Positions 1 to 15,145 of a stretch of DNA of 64,000 bases are shown here, one piece after another. The notes beneath the pieces are model-generated. The model was not told where the DNA came from and made no database searches. It worked only from the letters and a program-made list of their open reading frames with translations. The position numbers were made by a program, and so were the translations under genes. The stretch is from Eledone cirrhosa (Eukaryota), in contig OZ024756.1 in NCBI GenBank assembly GCA_964016885.1, forward strand, positions 33,108,001 through 33,172,000, read 5' to 3'. Position 1 is the first letter of the stretch. Every line of letters begins with the position of its first letter.

Positions 1-59
1 CATAAATGGTATACATAACTGGTATGTAATACCTGAGCAACGCCGGGCACCTCTGCTAG
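1..59 (+). mobile_element. Helitron 3' terminus (element continues upstream of window)
   Basis: tacctgagcaacgccgggcacctctgCTAG|t: GC-rich imperfect hairpin, then CTAG at 56-59 followed by T. Closely matches the reverse complement of the Helitron end at 20646-20676. Confidence 0.6.
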
Positions 60-458
60 TTCGAAATAAATTAGTTCCCAAGTACATAAATTCTTCCTAG
101 CCTGAAATTTTAGTATCATACATTTTAAAACTGTTTACAATATCGTAAATGAGAGACATACATAACATGATAGTAAAGCTGCTGCTAAATAAGAAATTCA
201 ATGCGCAGATGATGAAGAAATCAAAATAGAATGAAATATGAGGTGTGGAAGAAATAAAAGAAAACGATATATTTCAATGAATAATAATAGATTTTCTCTT
301 CTTTTGTTTGCTATTACGTGAAAGAATTCAGAAAATTCCTACTGGCAATAGTATCCTACAATAATACCATCTCTTCACATATACACACATAGAAAAACAC
401 ACGTATGGGACCATAGAAACGAATACTTATAAATATGATTACAGTCATCACATATATG

Positions 459-494
<36 letters not shown>

Positions 495-783
495 CGTGTG
501 TATGTGTGTGTGTATTTTATAGAATTTAAAGCGTTCACACCTATATGAGAATGATTACAATACATTAGATGCACACACACACACATACAAACGCACACAC
601 ACACAGAGTCACACATGTATATATATATATATATATATATATACAGACTGTAATTTTCGAATTATTGTCATCTCTATATAAACCTACGCAATAGGATACT
701 GAATATAGTAAGATGGATGCAACTGAATGATTAACCTAATTTAACATTACAATAGACATAGTTGATGTTTAACTCATCTATTG

Positions 784-826
<43 letters not shown>

Positions 827-940
827 AGTGTGTGTATGTGTGTGTATATGTGTTTGTGGGAATGTATATATACACACATACACATTTAGGTATATATACA
901 TACATAAATATCTACATATCTATATATATATATATCTATA

Positions 941-995
<55 letters not shown>

Positions 996-1068
996 GTATA
1001 TATGTATATATATATATATATGTGTATGTGTGTATATATATATATATATATACATAAATATCTCTCTA

Positions 1069-1141
<73 letters not shown>

Positions 1142-1162
1142 ATATGTATATATATATGTATG

Positions 1163-1213
<51 letters not shown>

Positions 1214-1215
<2 letters not shown>

Positions 1216-1306
1216 ATAATTGTTTCTACTTTAGGCACAAGGCCAGCAATTACCCAGTTAATTACTGGTACTTTATGTTATCGACCCCGTAAGGATGAAA
1301 GGCAAA
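1214..1306 (-). mobile_element. SINE family A, 3' half
   Basis: taattgtttctactttaggcacaaggccagc...tactggtactttat..tatcgaccccgtaaggatgaaaggcaaa matches the other family A copies. Confidence 0.85.
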
Positions 1307-1362
1307 AATTTATATATAGTAATAATAATAAATTTGAAGACTAAAATCTGTTATTTTAATAA

Positions 1363-1413
<51 letters not shown>

Positions 1414-1695
1414 AGTATATGTCTATGTATCTATCTACACCTACCTATCTATTTATATATATCACTATATATAAATAAATATATATATATATATAAATAT
1501 ATATATATATACATATATATAGAGAGAGAGAGAGGGGGAGGGAGAATGGGAAAGAGATGTAGGTAGCTAGATAGATAGATAGATGTATATATTATAAGAC
1601 GACACATTTAGCGACTGTTTCCCCACCATTAAAGAGGAGGTTATATCGAGACTTCAAATTCAATTTTAGAATGACACACCCACACACAGGCATGC

Positions 1696-1767
<72 letters not shown>

Positions 1768-1867
1768 GAATTTATATATGTGTATATATATGTACATATA
1801 CAAATATATATATAGATATATAAGTACATATATAAGTATATATATACATATTTATATGTATGTAATA

Positions 1868-1937
<70 letters not shown>

Positions 1938-1967
1938 TTATATATATATGTATATATATACTATATA

Positions 1968-2012
<45 letters not shown>

Positions 2013-2109
2013 TTTATATATGTGTATATATATGTACATATACAAATATATATATAGATATATAAGTACATATATAAGTATATATATACATATATATATG
2101 TATGTAATA

Positions 2110-2261
<152 letters not shown>

Positions 2262-2544
2262 TTATATATATATATATATATATGCATATATACACTATAT
2301 ATGATATATATATTATATTTATATAATTACACTCTTTACTGGACATTTATTACGACCACATATAGAAGAAATTATATCTATTAGTTCAACCATGGAACAA
2401 ATGTTTCCATCTCATCACCTCATCTGAAATACGAAGTGAACACCTCGCTTAAGTATATTAGATTTCTCTAGTATATTTTTAGCTTAATGTACACTGATAG
2501 CTTCGGCTATGAATATGAAGGTATATATATATATATATACACAC

Positions 2545-2725
<181 letters not shown>

Positions 2726-2846
2726 CACTAACACACACACAAACTTATATCTATATATATATATCACAGAATCAATAACGTTTACCTCATACTATATTTC
2801 TTACTTTAACATATGAATTTTTTTTTTAACGAAAATTATATATATA

Positions 2847-3014
2847 GGGTGTGTGGTAAGGAACCAGATGGACCATAACACACCAGAGTACTTAATGCCT
2901 AGGGTAGTAGAGTGGGTAATATGAAAATGTTTAACCCCAACGGCAGAGCTCACGCCGTTTCGACGGCTATTTCAGTCCAGAAATAGCCGTCGATACGGCA
3001 TGAGCTATAAACGT

Positions 3015-3020
<6 letters not shown>
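2847..3020 (-). mobile_element. TA-embedded family B (Penelope pLTR/retrozyme-like) with fold-back
   Basis: Homologous to 18568-18763. Inverted arms gagctcacgccgtttcgacggctatttc / gaaatagccgtcgatacggcatgagct; flanked by (TA)n. Confidence 0.75.
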
Positions 3021-3072
<52 letters not shown>

Positions 3073-3442
3073 ATATATGTATGTGTTTATGTATGTATCT
3101 ATGCATGTATGTATATATGTATATATGTAAGTAGGTATGTATGTATTTATGTAGATTCGTATGTATATATACGTTAATAAGGTGTTAACTTACTAGAGTC
3201 GTACATATCATACACCAATCATTGAACTGTCATGGCAATTCTCTCTCTATATATATATGTGTGTGTGTGTGTATCTGTGCCTGTGTGTTAGTGTGTACAG
3301 GCAGAGAGAAAGACGGACAGAGAGAGATGGGGACACATAGACAGAGGGGGACAGAGCGGAACAGAGCGAGAGAGAATCAAGCATAGATTACTAATTTTTC
3401 GAATAAAGTCCTTTATGTGATAACATCTAATTCCTTCAATGA

Positions 3443-3632
3443 AATAATTGTTTCTACTTTTGGCACAAGGCCAGCAATTATCCCAGTGTATTACTGGTGC
3501 TTTATTTTATCGACCCCGTAACGATGAAAGGCAAAGTTAACTTCCGCGGGATTTGAACTCAGACTATAATGGTCCGTAACTCTTTGCTGCAAAGCATGGT
3601 GTCCGACCCTCTACCGATACTGCCAATCCACG
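3443..3632 (-). mobile_element. SINE family A, near full length (tRNA-like head)
   Basis: Reverse complement reads tggattggcagtatcggtagag (A-box-like) ... gagttcaaatccc (B-box-like) ... gcctttcatcgttacggggtcgataaaataaag ... agaaacaattatt tail. Confidence 0.9.
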
Positions 3633-3998
3633 CTACTTCATCTGCTTCACACCCATCACAATGTCTGTGTTTGTGTATATGGGGCCGTGTGCATGACAGT
3701 TAACGCATTGGATTGTTAAAACCTGGCCCTTAAAATAAACACCAGAGGTTTACGATTTGTGTGAATATAATCAAATAAATGTCATTAAGATGGTATCCCA
3801 AATTGCCCTCAAGTTAGTGAGTAGGAACAAATAGGAACGAATAACTAGAGATGACAATAAAGAACAGGTCGTGTCTTTCGCCGTCTTCTTAATTCTTAAG
3901 CTCATCATTTATGTAGCAACTACTCTTGTTTTCATCGTCCAATTTTACTAATTAGGACAATGTTGTCCTTCATATATATATATATATGTGTGTGTGTA

Positions 3999-4041
<43 letters not shown>

Positions 4042-4050
4042 GTGTGTGAA

Positions 4051-4088
<38 letters not shown>

Positions 4089-4091
<3 letters not shown>

Positions 4092-4165
4092 TTATTAAAA
4101 TAACAGATTAAACTTTAAGCAAAGAATCGCTGCTTTCACTCTTAACGGGATCTTCTGAAACTAAC
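4089..4165 (-). mobile_element. TA-embedded family E fragment
   Basis: Reverse complement of 10831-10905 (gttagtttcagaagatcccgttaag..tgaaagcag..ttctttg..tttaatctgttattttaataaata). Confidence 0.75.
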
Positions 4166-4216
4166 CATGACTGAATCTTAACCATCTACTATGTCAGAGT
4201 ATGTCATGCACCATCT

Positions 4217-4283
4217 TATTTTATCTGATGAGTACGTACTGTTGAAGTTAACTCAGTACCTCTGAAATATTTATAATAAAATA
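4217..4283 (+). ncRNA. Type I hammerhead ribozyme-like motif (AUA triplet)
   Basis: Stem I tattttat/ataaaata; CTGATGA at 4225; stem II gtactg/cagtac; GAAA at 4264; minimal stem III; ATA at 4273-4275. Confidence 0.6.
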
Positions 4284-4401
4284 TACTTAATCACAATAAT
4301 ATATATTTTGTTAATATTTTGAATTAATATTTATATATATATAAACATGTTTGTATATATATATACATATACACACATATACACACATATATAAACATAT
4401 A

Positions 4402-4568
<167 letters not shown>

Positions 4569-4708
4569 ACACACATATATAAACACACATATATATATAT
4601 ATACATAAACACATATATATATACACAGATATATACATACGCACACACACACATACACAAACACACATATATATATACACATACATATATATATACTTAT
4701 ATATATAT

Positions 4709-4762
<54 letters not shown>

Positions 4763-5142
4763 CTGTATTTTTGTATTCCTTTATGGTCCACTAAGTATTG
4801 TTATGGTCCACTAAGTATTTTGATGATCAATAGAAAATAATATAAGTTGTGTGAAAGGAACAATGCCAAATGAATGCCTGATTGAGGATAACTTTGACAA
4901 TTGGGATTTAGCCACAGACTATGGATAAATCATCGTTGAAGTCACGTTACATTGTGATGTTAATGGCGGCTATCAACTATTTAGACATCGTGAATGACGA
5001 AATTATGAAAATAATGTGCCAAGAATAGCAAATAGGGTGCCGACATTTCCCATCAGGTTACAGACGTCAGTGATATATGTAGAATGCGAATGCATGTATG
5101 TATGTAGGAATGTATATATGCATACATGCATTCCTACATATG

Positions 5143-5187
<45 letters not shown>

Positions 5188-5189
<2 letters not shown>

Positions 5190-5424
5190 TCTTTTGTCTC
5201 TTGTTCACGATTTCACCGAGTTTATATTCATAGAAATCTGGGACTTGTCTCTTTCTTCTCACTTTCCGTTGCTTAAACCATTTTGTTTGTTACCCTAACG
5301 TCCCCTTTATTTACGTGTCCCAACGACTTTTTTTAGCCGTTGTTCGCACCAACCTGAAATATATGGCCCTTAAAGCCATGAAATGCCTGGGACGGTTGGA
5401 GGGTCACTGATGAAGGACTTACTT

Positions 5425-5430
<6 letters not shown>
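5188..5430 (+). mobile_element. TA-embedded family D with truncated HHR start
   Basis: Homologous to the reverse complement of 37790-37910 (cgcaccaac..atatg..ttaaagc.atgaaat..ggttgga...tcactgatgaaggact); flanked by (TA)n. Confidence 0.65.
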
Positions 5431-5486
<56 letters not shown>

Positions 5487-5707
5487 ATATGTGATAGTAA
5501 TAATGAAGATAATAATACAAGAACGGTTTGTTAAGCCTCCATTGCGTTTATTGATTTGTGAAGCACCTTTCGCTATTGATCAGCTCAAGGTTTGATCATC
5601 TGTATCTATCTGACCCGACTCTGGAATCAATGAAAAGCTCGTTGGACCTCTGTTTTAGTAATTACAGAATACCTGGGTGAACCCACAGTAACATCACGTT
5701 ACACTCC

Positions 5708-5798
<91 letters not shown>

Positions 5799-5802
5799 AA
5801 TT

Positions 5803-5887
<85 letters not shown>

Positions 5888-5888
<1 letters not shown>

Positions 5889-6035
5889 AGATAGAGTGTG
5901 GTAAAAACCAGCTAGACCATAACCCACCAGATTATTCATACTTGCGGTTTTAGAGTCGGTAATATGAAAAGATTCACCCCGACGATGAGCTCCAGCCGTT
6001 TCGACAGCTAGATCCGAACTACAGTTTGGATGTAG

Positions 6036-6040
<5 letters not shown>
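5888..6040 (-). mobile_element. TA-embedded family B variant
   Basis: gtgtggtaaaaaccag..gaccataac..ccccgacg..gagctc..gccgtttcgacagcta with terminal hairpin gatccgaact/agtttggatg. Confidence 0.7.
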
Positions 6041-6072
<32 letters not shown>

Positions 6073-6075
<3 letters not shown>

Positions 6076-6290
6076 TTTTTATTTTTATTTCATTTTATTT
6101 AATCTTATTTATTTAATTTTATTTAATTATATCTTATATTATATTATTTTATTTTAGTTTATTTTATTTTATTTTATTTTATTTTATTTTATCTTATTTT
6201 ATCATTATATTATATTATATTTTATTTTATATAATTTTAATTTTAATTTTATCTTATTTAATTTTATTTCATTCCTTACCCTGTATCACT
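6073..6290. repeat. (TTTTA)n-like low-complexity tract
   Basis: Degenerate attttattttatttt run upstream of the HHR at 6652. Confidence 0.85.
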
Positions 6291-6651
6291 ATTATCTGTA
6301 TATTTTATATGTATGTTTTTTATATTTTCTTATATATATTATATGTCTATTTTTTACCTACTTTTCACCTATTTTTTATCTATTTTTTATCTATTCTTAC
6401 CTACTCCTATCTATCTTATTTATTCTCGTCTGTTCTCTTATCCATGTGTATGCTTGTATGTAACTATATGTTGACAGCACCCCGCCCAACTGTGACTGAT
6501 AGCACCCCTTATTTTTCAATTATTTTTCAATGTTTATTTTTCAATGTTTACTTTTATTTTTATTTTTACTTCCTCAATATTTTTTATCTTTTATTATTTT
6601 TTATTCTTCAATGTCTTGGATTTGTTATTGCTTGTGTGATATGTAATCAAC

Positions 6652-6709
6652 CTTTATGCTCTGATGAGTCCCACTTATAGTGCGGATGAAACAATGTTAG
6701 CAAGTAAAG
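6652..6709 (+). ncRNA. Minimal type I hammerhead ribozyme (GUU triplet)
   Basis: Stem I cttta-tgct / agca-(ag)-taaag; CTGATGA 6661-6667; stem II gtcccac-ttata-gtg(c)ggat; GAAAC-aat-GTT. Confidence 0.75.
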
Positions 6710-7201
6710 ATATGCATATGCTATAGGCGTTCTTTGTTGTTGTATATATATATATATATATACATATATATACACACACACATTCCGTTTTTCTAATTGA
6801 TTTGCAAGTGGCGGGGTGTTAAGCTTACAATCGTAACTTCGTACATTCCCTTAATGGTTATACTAGAACGTTTCTCGAGGTTATATATGTATATATGTAT
6901 ATACATGTGTATGTATATAGGTATATATGGGTAGGACTGTGTGGACGTATCATACAGAAGGACGAACAGTATATCTAAAAGTAAACAAAATTGTGTAGAA
7001 TATATTTTACTAGTAAAAGAATGCCGAATACCTGTGTCTGTTGATCAATGGTTCATCGTGTGTGCATTTGTTAAATATAAACATAACCACAATTGTAGAA
7101 GATGCCTTTAGGTTTACACAGACCTGTAATTGTAAAGTAGTTAATTAAACATTACATTTATACTCTTTCTACCCACAAACATTTTATCGAATATTTCCTT
7201 C

Positions 7202-7438
<237 letters not shown>

Positions 7439-7439
7439 G

Positions 7440-7513
<74 letters not shown>

Positions 7514-7542
7514 TATATATATAAATATATATATATAAATTG

Positions 7543-7613
<71 letters not shown>

Positions 7614-7652
7614 AATATAAATATATATAAATTTATATATATACATATATAA

Positions 7653-7802
<150 letters not shown>

Positions 7803-7803
7803 T

Positions 7804-7879
<76 letters not shown>

Positions 7880-8111
7880 AAATCTATCAGTTTGAAAAGT
7901 CACTTGTGTCCGTACATGTGCATGTGTTCTACTTGTTTGCGTATTTTACAGTATTCGTATGCTTGTAAAATTGTACTTGTGCTTATCTATCTTTGCAATG
8001 TATTGTCTAAGACAATATGTGAGAGATACATATCAATTAATCAAAAAAATAAACGTGTGTACGGAGAGGATGAAACACACATATACATATATTTACATAC
8101 ATATACGACCT

Positions 8112-8149
<38 letters not shown>

Positions 8150-8428
8150 GAAATTTCATGTTTTCCATTTATATTCTCGGTACCCCTGGCCGACTAACTC
8201 ACTCGATATGCAAATTTGGCTACTCATCCGTTAATATGCATAAGGAAAGTATATACATTCAAACGTTCTATCAACTAACAGGAAGGTATACGGTGCTGAT
8301 GAGAGCTAATAAGCTAGAAACTAATTCATCTTTCCTTTGTCAGTGTTGAACAAAATGGCAACGCTGGTTACCGAACACTGAACGGCTAATAATTCGGGGT
8401 GTTTGTTTACAAATATATATATAATATA

Positions 8429-8548
<120 letters not shown>

Positions 8549-8694
8549 ATGTATGTATGTATATACGTACTACTGTACATCTGTATACATATATGTATGT
8601 ACGTATAGATACTTATATTTGAGTATCAGCCGTACTAAGAGTGAGAAATGAAATTTTATTTTTTCCATTTATAAATATATGTATATATATATAT

Positions 8695-8757
<63 letters not shown>

Positions 8758-8759
8758 GC

Positions 8760-8818
<59 letters not shown>
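8695..8818. repeat. (TATC)n/(GATA)n head-to-head microsatellite palindrome
   Basis: (ctat)n-ctagctag-(atag)n. Confidence 0.9.
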
Positions 8819-8819
<1 letters not shown>

Positions 8820-8851
8820 AGGAAAATAAAAATATAGATAGATATATTAAA

Positions 8852-8952
8852 GGAAAATAAAAATAAAGGAAAAAGAAATCTGAAGAAGCCTATCGTATAT
8901 ATATATACGATAGGCTTCTTCAGATTTCTTTTTCCTTTATTTTTATTTTCCT
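8852..8952. repeat. Inverted repeat around (TA)6
   Basis: ggaaaataaaaataaaggaaaaagaaatctgaagaagcctatcg-(ta)n-cgataggcttcttcagatttctttttcctttatttttattttcc. Confidence 0.9.
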
Positions 8953-9471
8953 TTTATTTGAGGCGTTAGGAAACAAAGCAAATGAGTATCAGTAAATCAT
9001 ATTAAGACATATGCATGGTACAATGTTAGAAATAAGCTTCACCATGTCTATTAGATGTTGAACAATATATTTCAACACACAGTGGTGTATAATTTTCATT
9101 TGCTTTCAGGCACCATAAATGTGTTAATTGCCTACGACCCCGAAAGACATATATATATTACAATTAGTTTCGTTGTACATGTCGTTGTTCAGAGGAGAGA
9201 TTCACAACTTAATGCTGATAGGCTTAACACTGTTTCCTTACTGGCTCATGCACTGTAAAGTAATGGAATAATTTGAGAGGACGAACAGTCTGTTCGTATG
9301 ACACATTATACCGAAAACGCGTTAACGATATTGAAGATATTATTCAATCGTATTAAAAACAATGATTCTCTTCACCGTATGCTAACCTACAGGCAACATA
9401 ATTAAGTATCACACACACACACACATATATATACATATATATATATTTTATGTGTGTGTATATATATATAT

Positions 9472-9526
<55 letters not shown>

Positions 9527-9534
9527 ATGTGTGT

Positions 9535-9612
<78 letters not shown>

Positions 9613-9881
9613 GTTTCTTTTATTTGCCACTAGGGCATCAAAAGTGGGACATATATATATCTATATATATATATATATATATAGATAGATAGACAGATAG
9701 ATAGATATAGAATTTATATAGATATATGCTTATAAATATATTTGTGTCTGGTTTTGGAGTCATAGCAGATAAGACATTAATAATTGTATAATTTTCTTAT
9801 TCAAAGATACAATTTGTTGTGTCAGTGATATAACAACGGCGCCTCCTCATCAGTATTCCTTATCCTTATATCTAAGTATAC

Positions 9882-9938
<57 letters not shown>

Positions 9939-10035
9939 AGGTGAGTTTTATTTAGTACAATAAAGCAATGCAGATATCGGATAAGAAGCACTCTACAGAA
10001 TGTAGGACTGGAGTATACATAATATTTAAGATCAA

Positions 10036-10104
10036 ATTTTATCTGATGAAAACACAAATGTTATTGCATGATGATATTTGTTTTTGAAATACGCATAATA
10101 AAAT
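10036..10104 (+). ncRNA. Type I hammerhead ribozyme-like motif (AUA triplet)
   Basis: Stem I attttat/ataaaat; CTGATGA at 10043; long AT-rich stem II aaacacaaatgttat/tgatatttgttttt; GAAA at 10086; AT-acgc-ATA. Lies in a TA-flanked island of about 9937-10135. Confidence 0.65.
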
Positions 10105-10135
10105 ACATGGAACTCATTTAACCATCTTTTGATCT

Positions 10136-10275
<140 letters not shown>

Positions 10276-10495
10276 GTGTATAAATATTTAAGTGCCTTTG
10301 TGTGTGAGACAGAGAAATATATACTTTTAATCGTATTTAATTACAATTTTTGTAAAGTAATCTATAAACGAATCAAACACTATGAATTAACAAATACAAT
10401 GAAAACCAATTATAATATGCCAGCAAATATATACAAACACACACACATATTATATATACATGTATATATATTTATATATATATTCCGTTCCTTAT

Positions 10496-10530
<35 letters not shown>

Positions 10531-10532
<2 letters not shown>

Positions 10533-10905
10533 GTTCGCTGGCAAAGAACGGGAAAAAAACGTATTATCTTGGTTTTTTTCGTTCATTGCCAGAGAACGTA
10601 TCTATGAACCACCTAAGAGAACATTAGTCTACGACCTCTTTTATACCATAAACGTGGTTCTGTCTTTGCGCGTAATTGTTTTTCACCGCTCCTTTTAATG
10701 ACGTATTATATTCGTTTTTTTCCCGTTCTTAGCCAGCGAACGTTTCCACGAACCAAGGTATCGTCTTCCTGTCTTCCTCCGGTTGATACGTTTTTTGAAA
10801 TATCCAGTTCTGCGTTTACAGATTGACTTTGTTAGTTTCAGAAGATCCCGTTAAGGGTGAAAGCAGCTATTCTTTGTTTAAACTTTAATCTGTTATTTTA
10901 ATAAA
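10531..10905 (+). mobile_element. TA-embedded family E element with internal inverted repeat
   Basis: acgttcgctggcaaagaacgggaaaaaaacg (10531) is inverted at about 10713-10743. 3' part shared with 4089-4165 and 22551-22642. HHR-like cagaaga-tccc-gttaa-gggt-gaaag-cag-cta. Confidence 0.7.
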
Positions 10906-11096
10906 TATATATATATATATATATACCTTTATATATGTCCATATATATATACCTTTATATATGTATATATATATATATTTATATACATTTATATATGTAT
11001 ATATATATATATATATATTTACATATGTATATATATATATATATACATACATATTCTTTTAAATATATACATATATATATATATATATACATATAT

Positions 11097-11142
<46 letters not shown>

Positions 11143-11143
11143 G

Positions 11144-11181
<38 letters not shown>

Positions 11182-11271
11182 AAGGTATATAAATATATAT
11201 ATACATATATAAAGGTATATAAATATATATATACATATATCAATTTATATATGTATATATATATGTATATA

Positions 11272-11452
11272 TAACAAAGGAATTGTGGTAAGAAACCAGA
11301 TGGACCATAACGCACCAGAGTACTCAATACTTAGGGTAGTAGAGTGGGAAATAGGAAAAGGTATGACCCCGACAGCAGAGCTCAAGCCGTTTTGACGGCT
11401 AAAATAGCCGTTGAAACGGCTTGAGCTCTGCCGTCAGGGTCATACTTTTTCC

Positions 11453-11453
<1 letters not shown>
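11272..11453 (-). mobile_element. TA-embedded family B with fold-back
   Basis: Arms ggaaaaggtatgaccccgacagcagagctcaagccgttttgacggcta / tagccgttgaaacggcttgagctctgccgtcagggtcatactttttcc. Confidence 0.8.
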
Positions 11454-11499
<46 letters not shown>

Positions 11500-11540
11500 C
11501 ATATATATACATATATAAATGTATATATGTATATATATAT

Positions 11541-11659
<119 letters not shown>

Positions 11660-13364
11660 AGTAAAGATACACACACTCATATATATATATATACTGGCAA
11701 GTAGATACAATTTAACATGAATTTAAGAACAATAGGATTGATGATAACGAGATTGAGTGAGAGAGAATGGGAGAGAGAGAAAGAGAGAAAGAAACACGCG
11801 AATATATGTCTAATTGATGGCACTAGTAATAATGATTATTGTTGAGATAATCTATATAATTTATCTATGTTCAAAAGACAATTTTCTAGTGAATACGAAA
11901 TATATCTTACGATTTACGAGCTAGATAATGAAGAGAATACTGTTTAGACTGAGGCAGAGTGAGAAGAGGACGTTGGAGAGAATGTGTGGAAAGATTGTTT
12001 TGTGATGAGTGATTTGAAGTTTCGAGGACTTTTGATGAATAAGAGATAAGAAATAATAGAGTAATGTAGTTAGTTGTGTAAAATTAGCGGTTTGTAATTT
12101 GTATGTAGCATCATTCCATTTCACCGCCATCTTGAGAGACTAATTTTAGGACGTATGTACGGTGTATATTTATGTTTTTGCTGACTACCACATTGTCGGA
12201 TTCAATCATTCACTAAACTGTGATTTATGTTGAAATCTATGCTCCCACATATATCTATGTCTGATCTAATTTAATTTGCTACTAGGTGAGTAATTAGTTA
12301 AAAGGTGTGCCGAACAAATATATTCTGTTTTGGTCACATACACCTTGCTATACATGATTCTAAATTCATTTTGTTCTGACCTGTTGTTAATTGTTAATGA
12401 TTTGTTTCTTTCTTTTGATATTTATTTCATATGTAGTTTTGAAAATATAATTTTTTATATGACTGTACATTCATTTATATATGTATATTCTCATGAACAT
12501 TTTTGCGTATTCCTACGGCAAATGTGGCTTTTTCTTGTTGGTTTAATCTAATTGTTCTCAAGATTGGAAATACATGTTATCAGTGTTGTTGAAAATGAAG
12601 AAAAATGTGTTTAACCCAAAGGCTCTACAACTATTCTTAGTATACGCTGTTACATATTTTGAAATTATAAAATATCGATCGACCCTGAGCTCAACTTTAA
12701 GTAAATAAAATTCTGTCTTTCTCTCAATATAAAAAGAGATTTTACATGAACAAGAAAAAAAAAAAAAGGTCAAACCAAAGAAGCTATGCTGCGATTGTTC
12801 ATTGCTTAGTTGATATTATCTGGCAGGCACGGCTCTCAAAATGAAGTGGAATTTGAACAATATGTTCTCCTCTATACCATCAATTCTGTCACATGGACGT
12901 AAACCAACTATTTCTTGGTGAGGGGTGAGTTTTGTAAAAATTATATATTACATCATTTTAAGATTAAACATGTTTTCACATTGTGGTGGATGGGCAGCTT
13001 TTTTGAAAGATCTGATGTGGCGTTTAGTGTCAAGAATATGTGGTCCAATATAATCTCTTAAAGGTAAAAGGGAAGAATCGTTTAAATGTCGGATAGGATT
13101 ATTTATGTTATGGTTTCAGAATATATGCATTGTGTGTGCAAATCCCACCATGGCCAAATTTCAATTTAACGAGGTCGACAAATGAAATGTCCATTCAATC
13201 CTGGACACGATTCCTCATTTGTATCTTACTCTCAGGAGGAAATCGACTATGATCTGATCATGGATTTGAATGGAAGCTTTAATAATATTTAATTTACTTT
13301 CGTATTAAGTATAACATCTCATTATTCGATCTCTTATTCTGTCATGGAGCAACATTATATATCA

Positions 13365-13573
13365 GTGATTGGCAGTATCGGTAGGGAGTTTGACACCATG
13401 TTTAGCAGCAAAGAGTTACGGCCCTTTATGGCCTGAATTCAAATCCTACCGAGGTTAACTTTGCCTTTCATCGTTACGGGGGTAAATAAATAAAGTACCA
13501 GCAGCTTGGTCGATTTCATCGACTTTCCCCCTCTCCAAAATGGCTGACCTTGTGCCTATATAAGAAATCATTA
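13365..13573 (+). mobile_element. SINE family A, longer subfamily
   Basis: gattggcagtatcggtag..gaattcaaatcctaccgaggttaactttgcctttcatc..aaagtaccag plus an extra ggtcgatttcatcgactttcccc segment before the ccttgtgcc tail. Confidence 0.85.
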
Positions 13574-13611
13574 TATTATAAACTCTAATATCTAATGTAA
13601 AATGTTTATCG

Positions 13612-13859
13612 CAGGCGTCCATAATTCATATGTGGGGTTACATACTTGCAAACGTCCTCTGCGCCTTTTTTAATTCCCATTTTCCAAGGTGATTTATTCG
13701 ACTTATTCGCCTATTTAATAGCTATTATGCATCATGGCTGCTTTTCATAAGAAAAGCAAATATAATTTCCAATATTAAATAATTTTTCATTGTCGATGAA
13801 CATCACATTTTTTTAGCTGTCCTGATAGGGCATGGTCAACAAAAGGTGAAGAACCACTG
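13612..13859. mobile_element. Possible degenerate hAT-type MITE
   Basis: Right end caaaaggtgaagaaccactg (reverse complement cagtggttcttcacc) resembles hAT Charlie/Buster CAGTGGTTCTCAACC termini. Left end only weakly guessed. Confidence 0.3.
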
Positions 13860-14359
13860 ATAAGAACTATTTTATCAAATATAAACTCGAAAAATATTAA
13901 AATAATTTTGATTCCGCTGAATATTAACTTAACACTTCGATGATGATGATCTCGCAAATACTAAATGAAAATAACCCCCATCCTCCCAAACAAAAATAAT
14001 AAATAAGATAATATAAAAATCAGTAGGAAATTCCTGTTAAAGGGCAATTATAATCTAACACAATTTTATTTCCGAAGACGGTGTTCAATAAAACAGGCAT
14101 CAAAATAAAAATAATAGTAAATAGAGAAAGTATAAATTGAAATTTAGCAATCTAATTAATATTTCCTTCCGTCGTATCGTAAGACCTTAATGGTATACAA
14201 TAAATAGTATAGGTTCAACTCTCATCTGTTATATATATAAATCACTATTGACACTAAAATGTTGTAATTGTGTTTTGAACAATGGTTCTGATGTGCTCCT
14301 GTTGATCTTCTCTCTCTCTTTCTCTCTGTCTTTCTCTCACACACACACACAAACACACA

Positions 14360-14405
<46 letters not shown>

Positions 14406-14729
14406 CTGTCTCTGTCTATTTCTCTCTCTCCTACACACACACACTCTATCTCCCATCTCCCATTCGCTTTCTTTCTCTTCATCTCTCTTTGGGAAAAACA
14501 AAGCAAAACTAAAAAATAAAAGAATGAAAAGGAAATGAAAAATAAATCAAAGGAATTGCAGGAAAGAAAATAAAACTGTCCACTCTTTTATTAAGGAAAC
14601 AAAATGTATTGAAGGTGAAGTCAAATGTTTTGTATTTTCGAGATAATCGGTTTTTGTATTTTTTCCTACATTGCAATAACCAGATCATCTAACTATCTAT
14701 CTATCTTGCTATCTTTACCCCCGCACACA

Positions 14730-14934
<205 letters not shown>

Positions 14935-14964
14935 TTATATATATATATTATATATATATAATAT

Positions 14965-15121
14965 GGGCGGTGGATTGGTGGTATCGGTAGAGGGTCGGAC
15001 GCCATTCTGAGTTCAAATCCCGCCGAGGTTAACTTTGCCTTTCATCCGTACGGGGTCGATAAAATAAAGTACCAGTAATGTACTGTGTAATTTCTGGCCT
15101 TGTGCCTAAAGTAGAAACATT
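14965..15121 (+). mobile_element. SINE family A (deletion inside head)
   Basis: ggtggattggtggtatcggtagagggtcggacgccat|tctgagttcaaatcccgccgagg..gtagaaacat. Confidence 0.9.
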
Positions 15122-15145
15122 TATATATATATAATATATATATAT

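Noticed and set aside
3540-3632. tRNA-like sequences at SINE heads
   Set aside because: A/B-box-like motifs but no full cloverleaf; always fused to the SINE body
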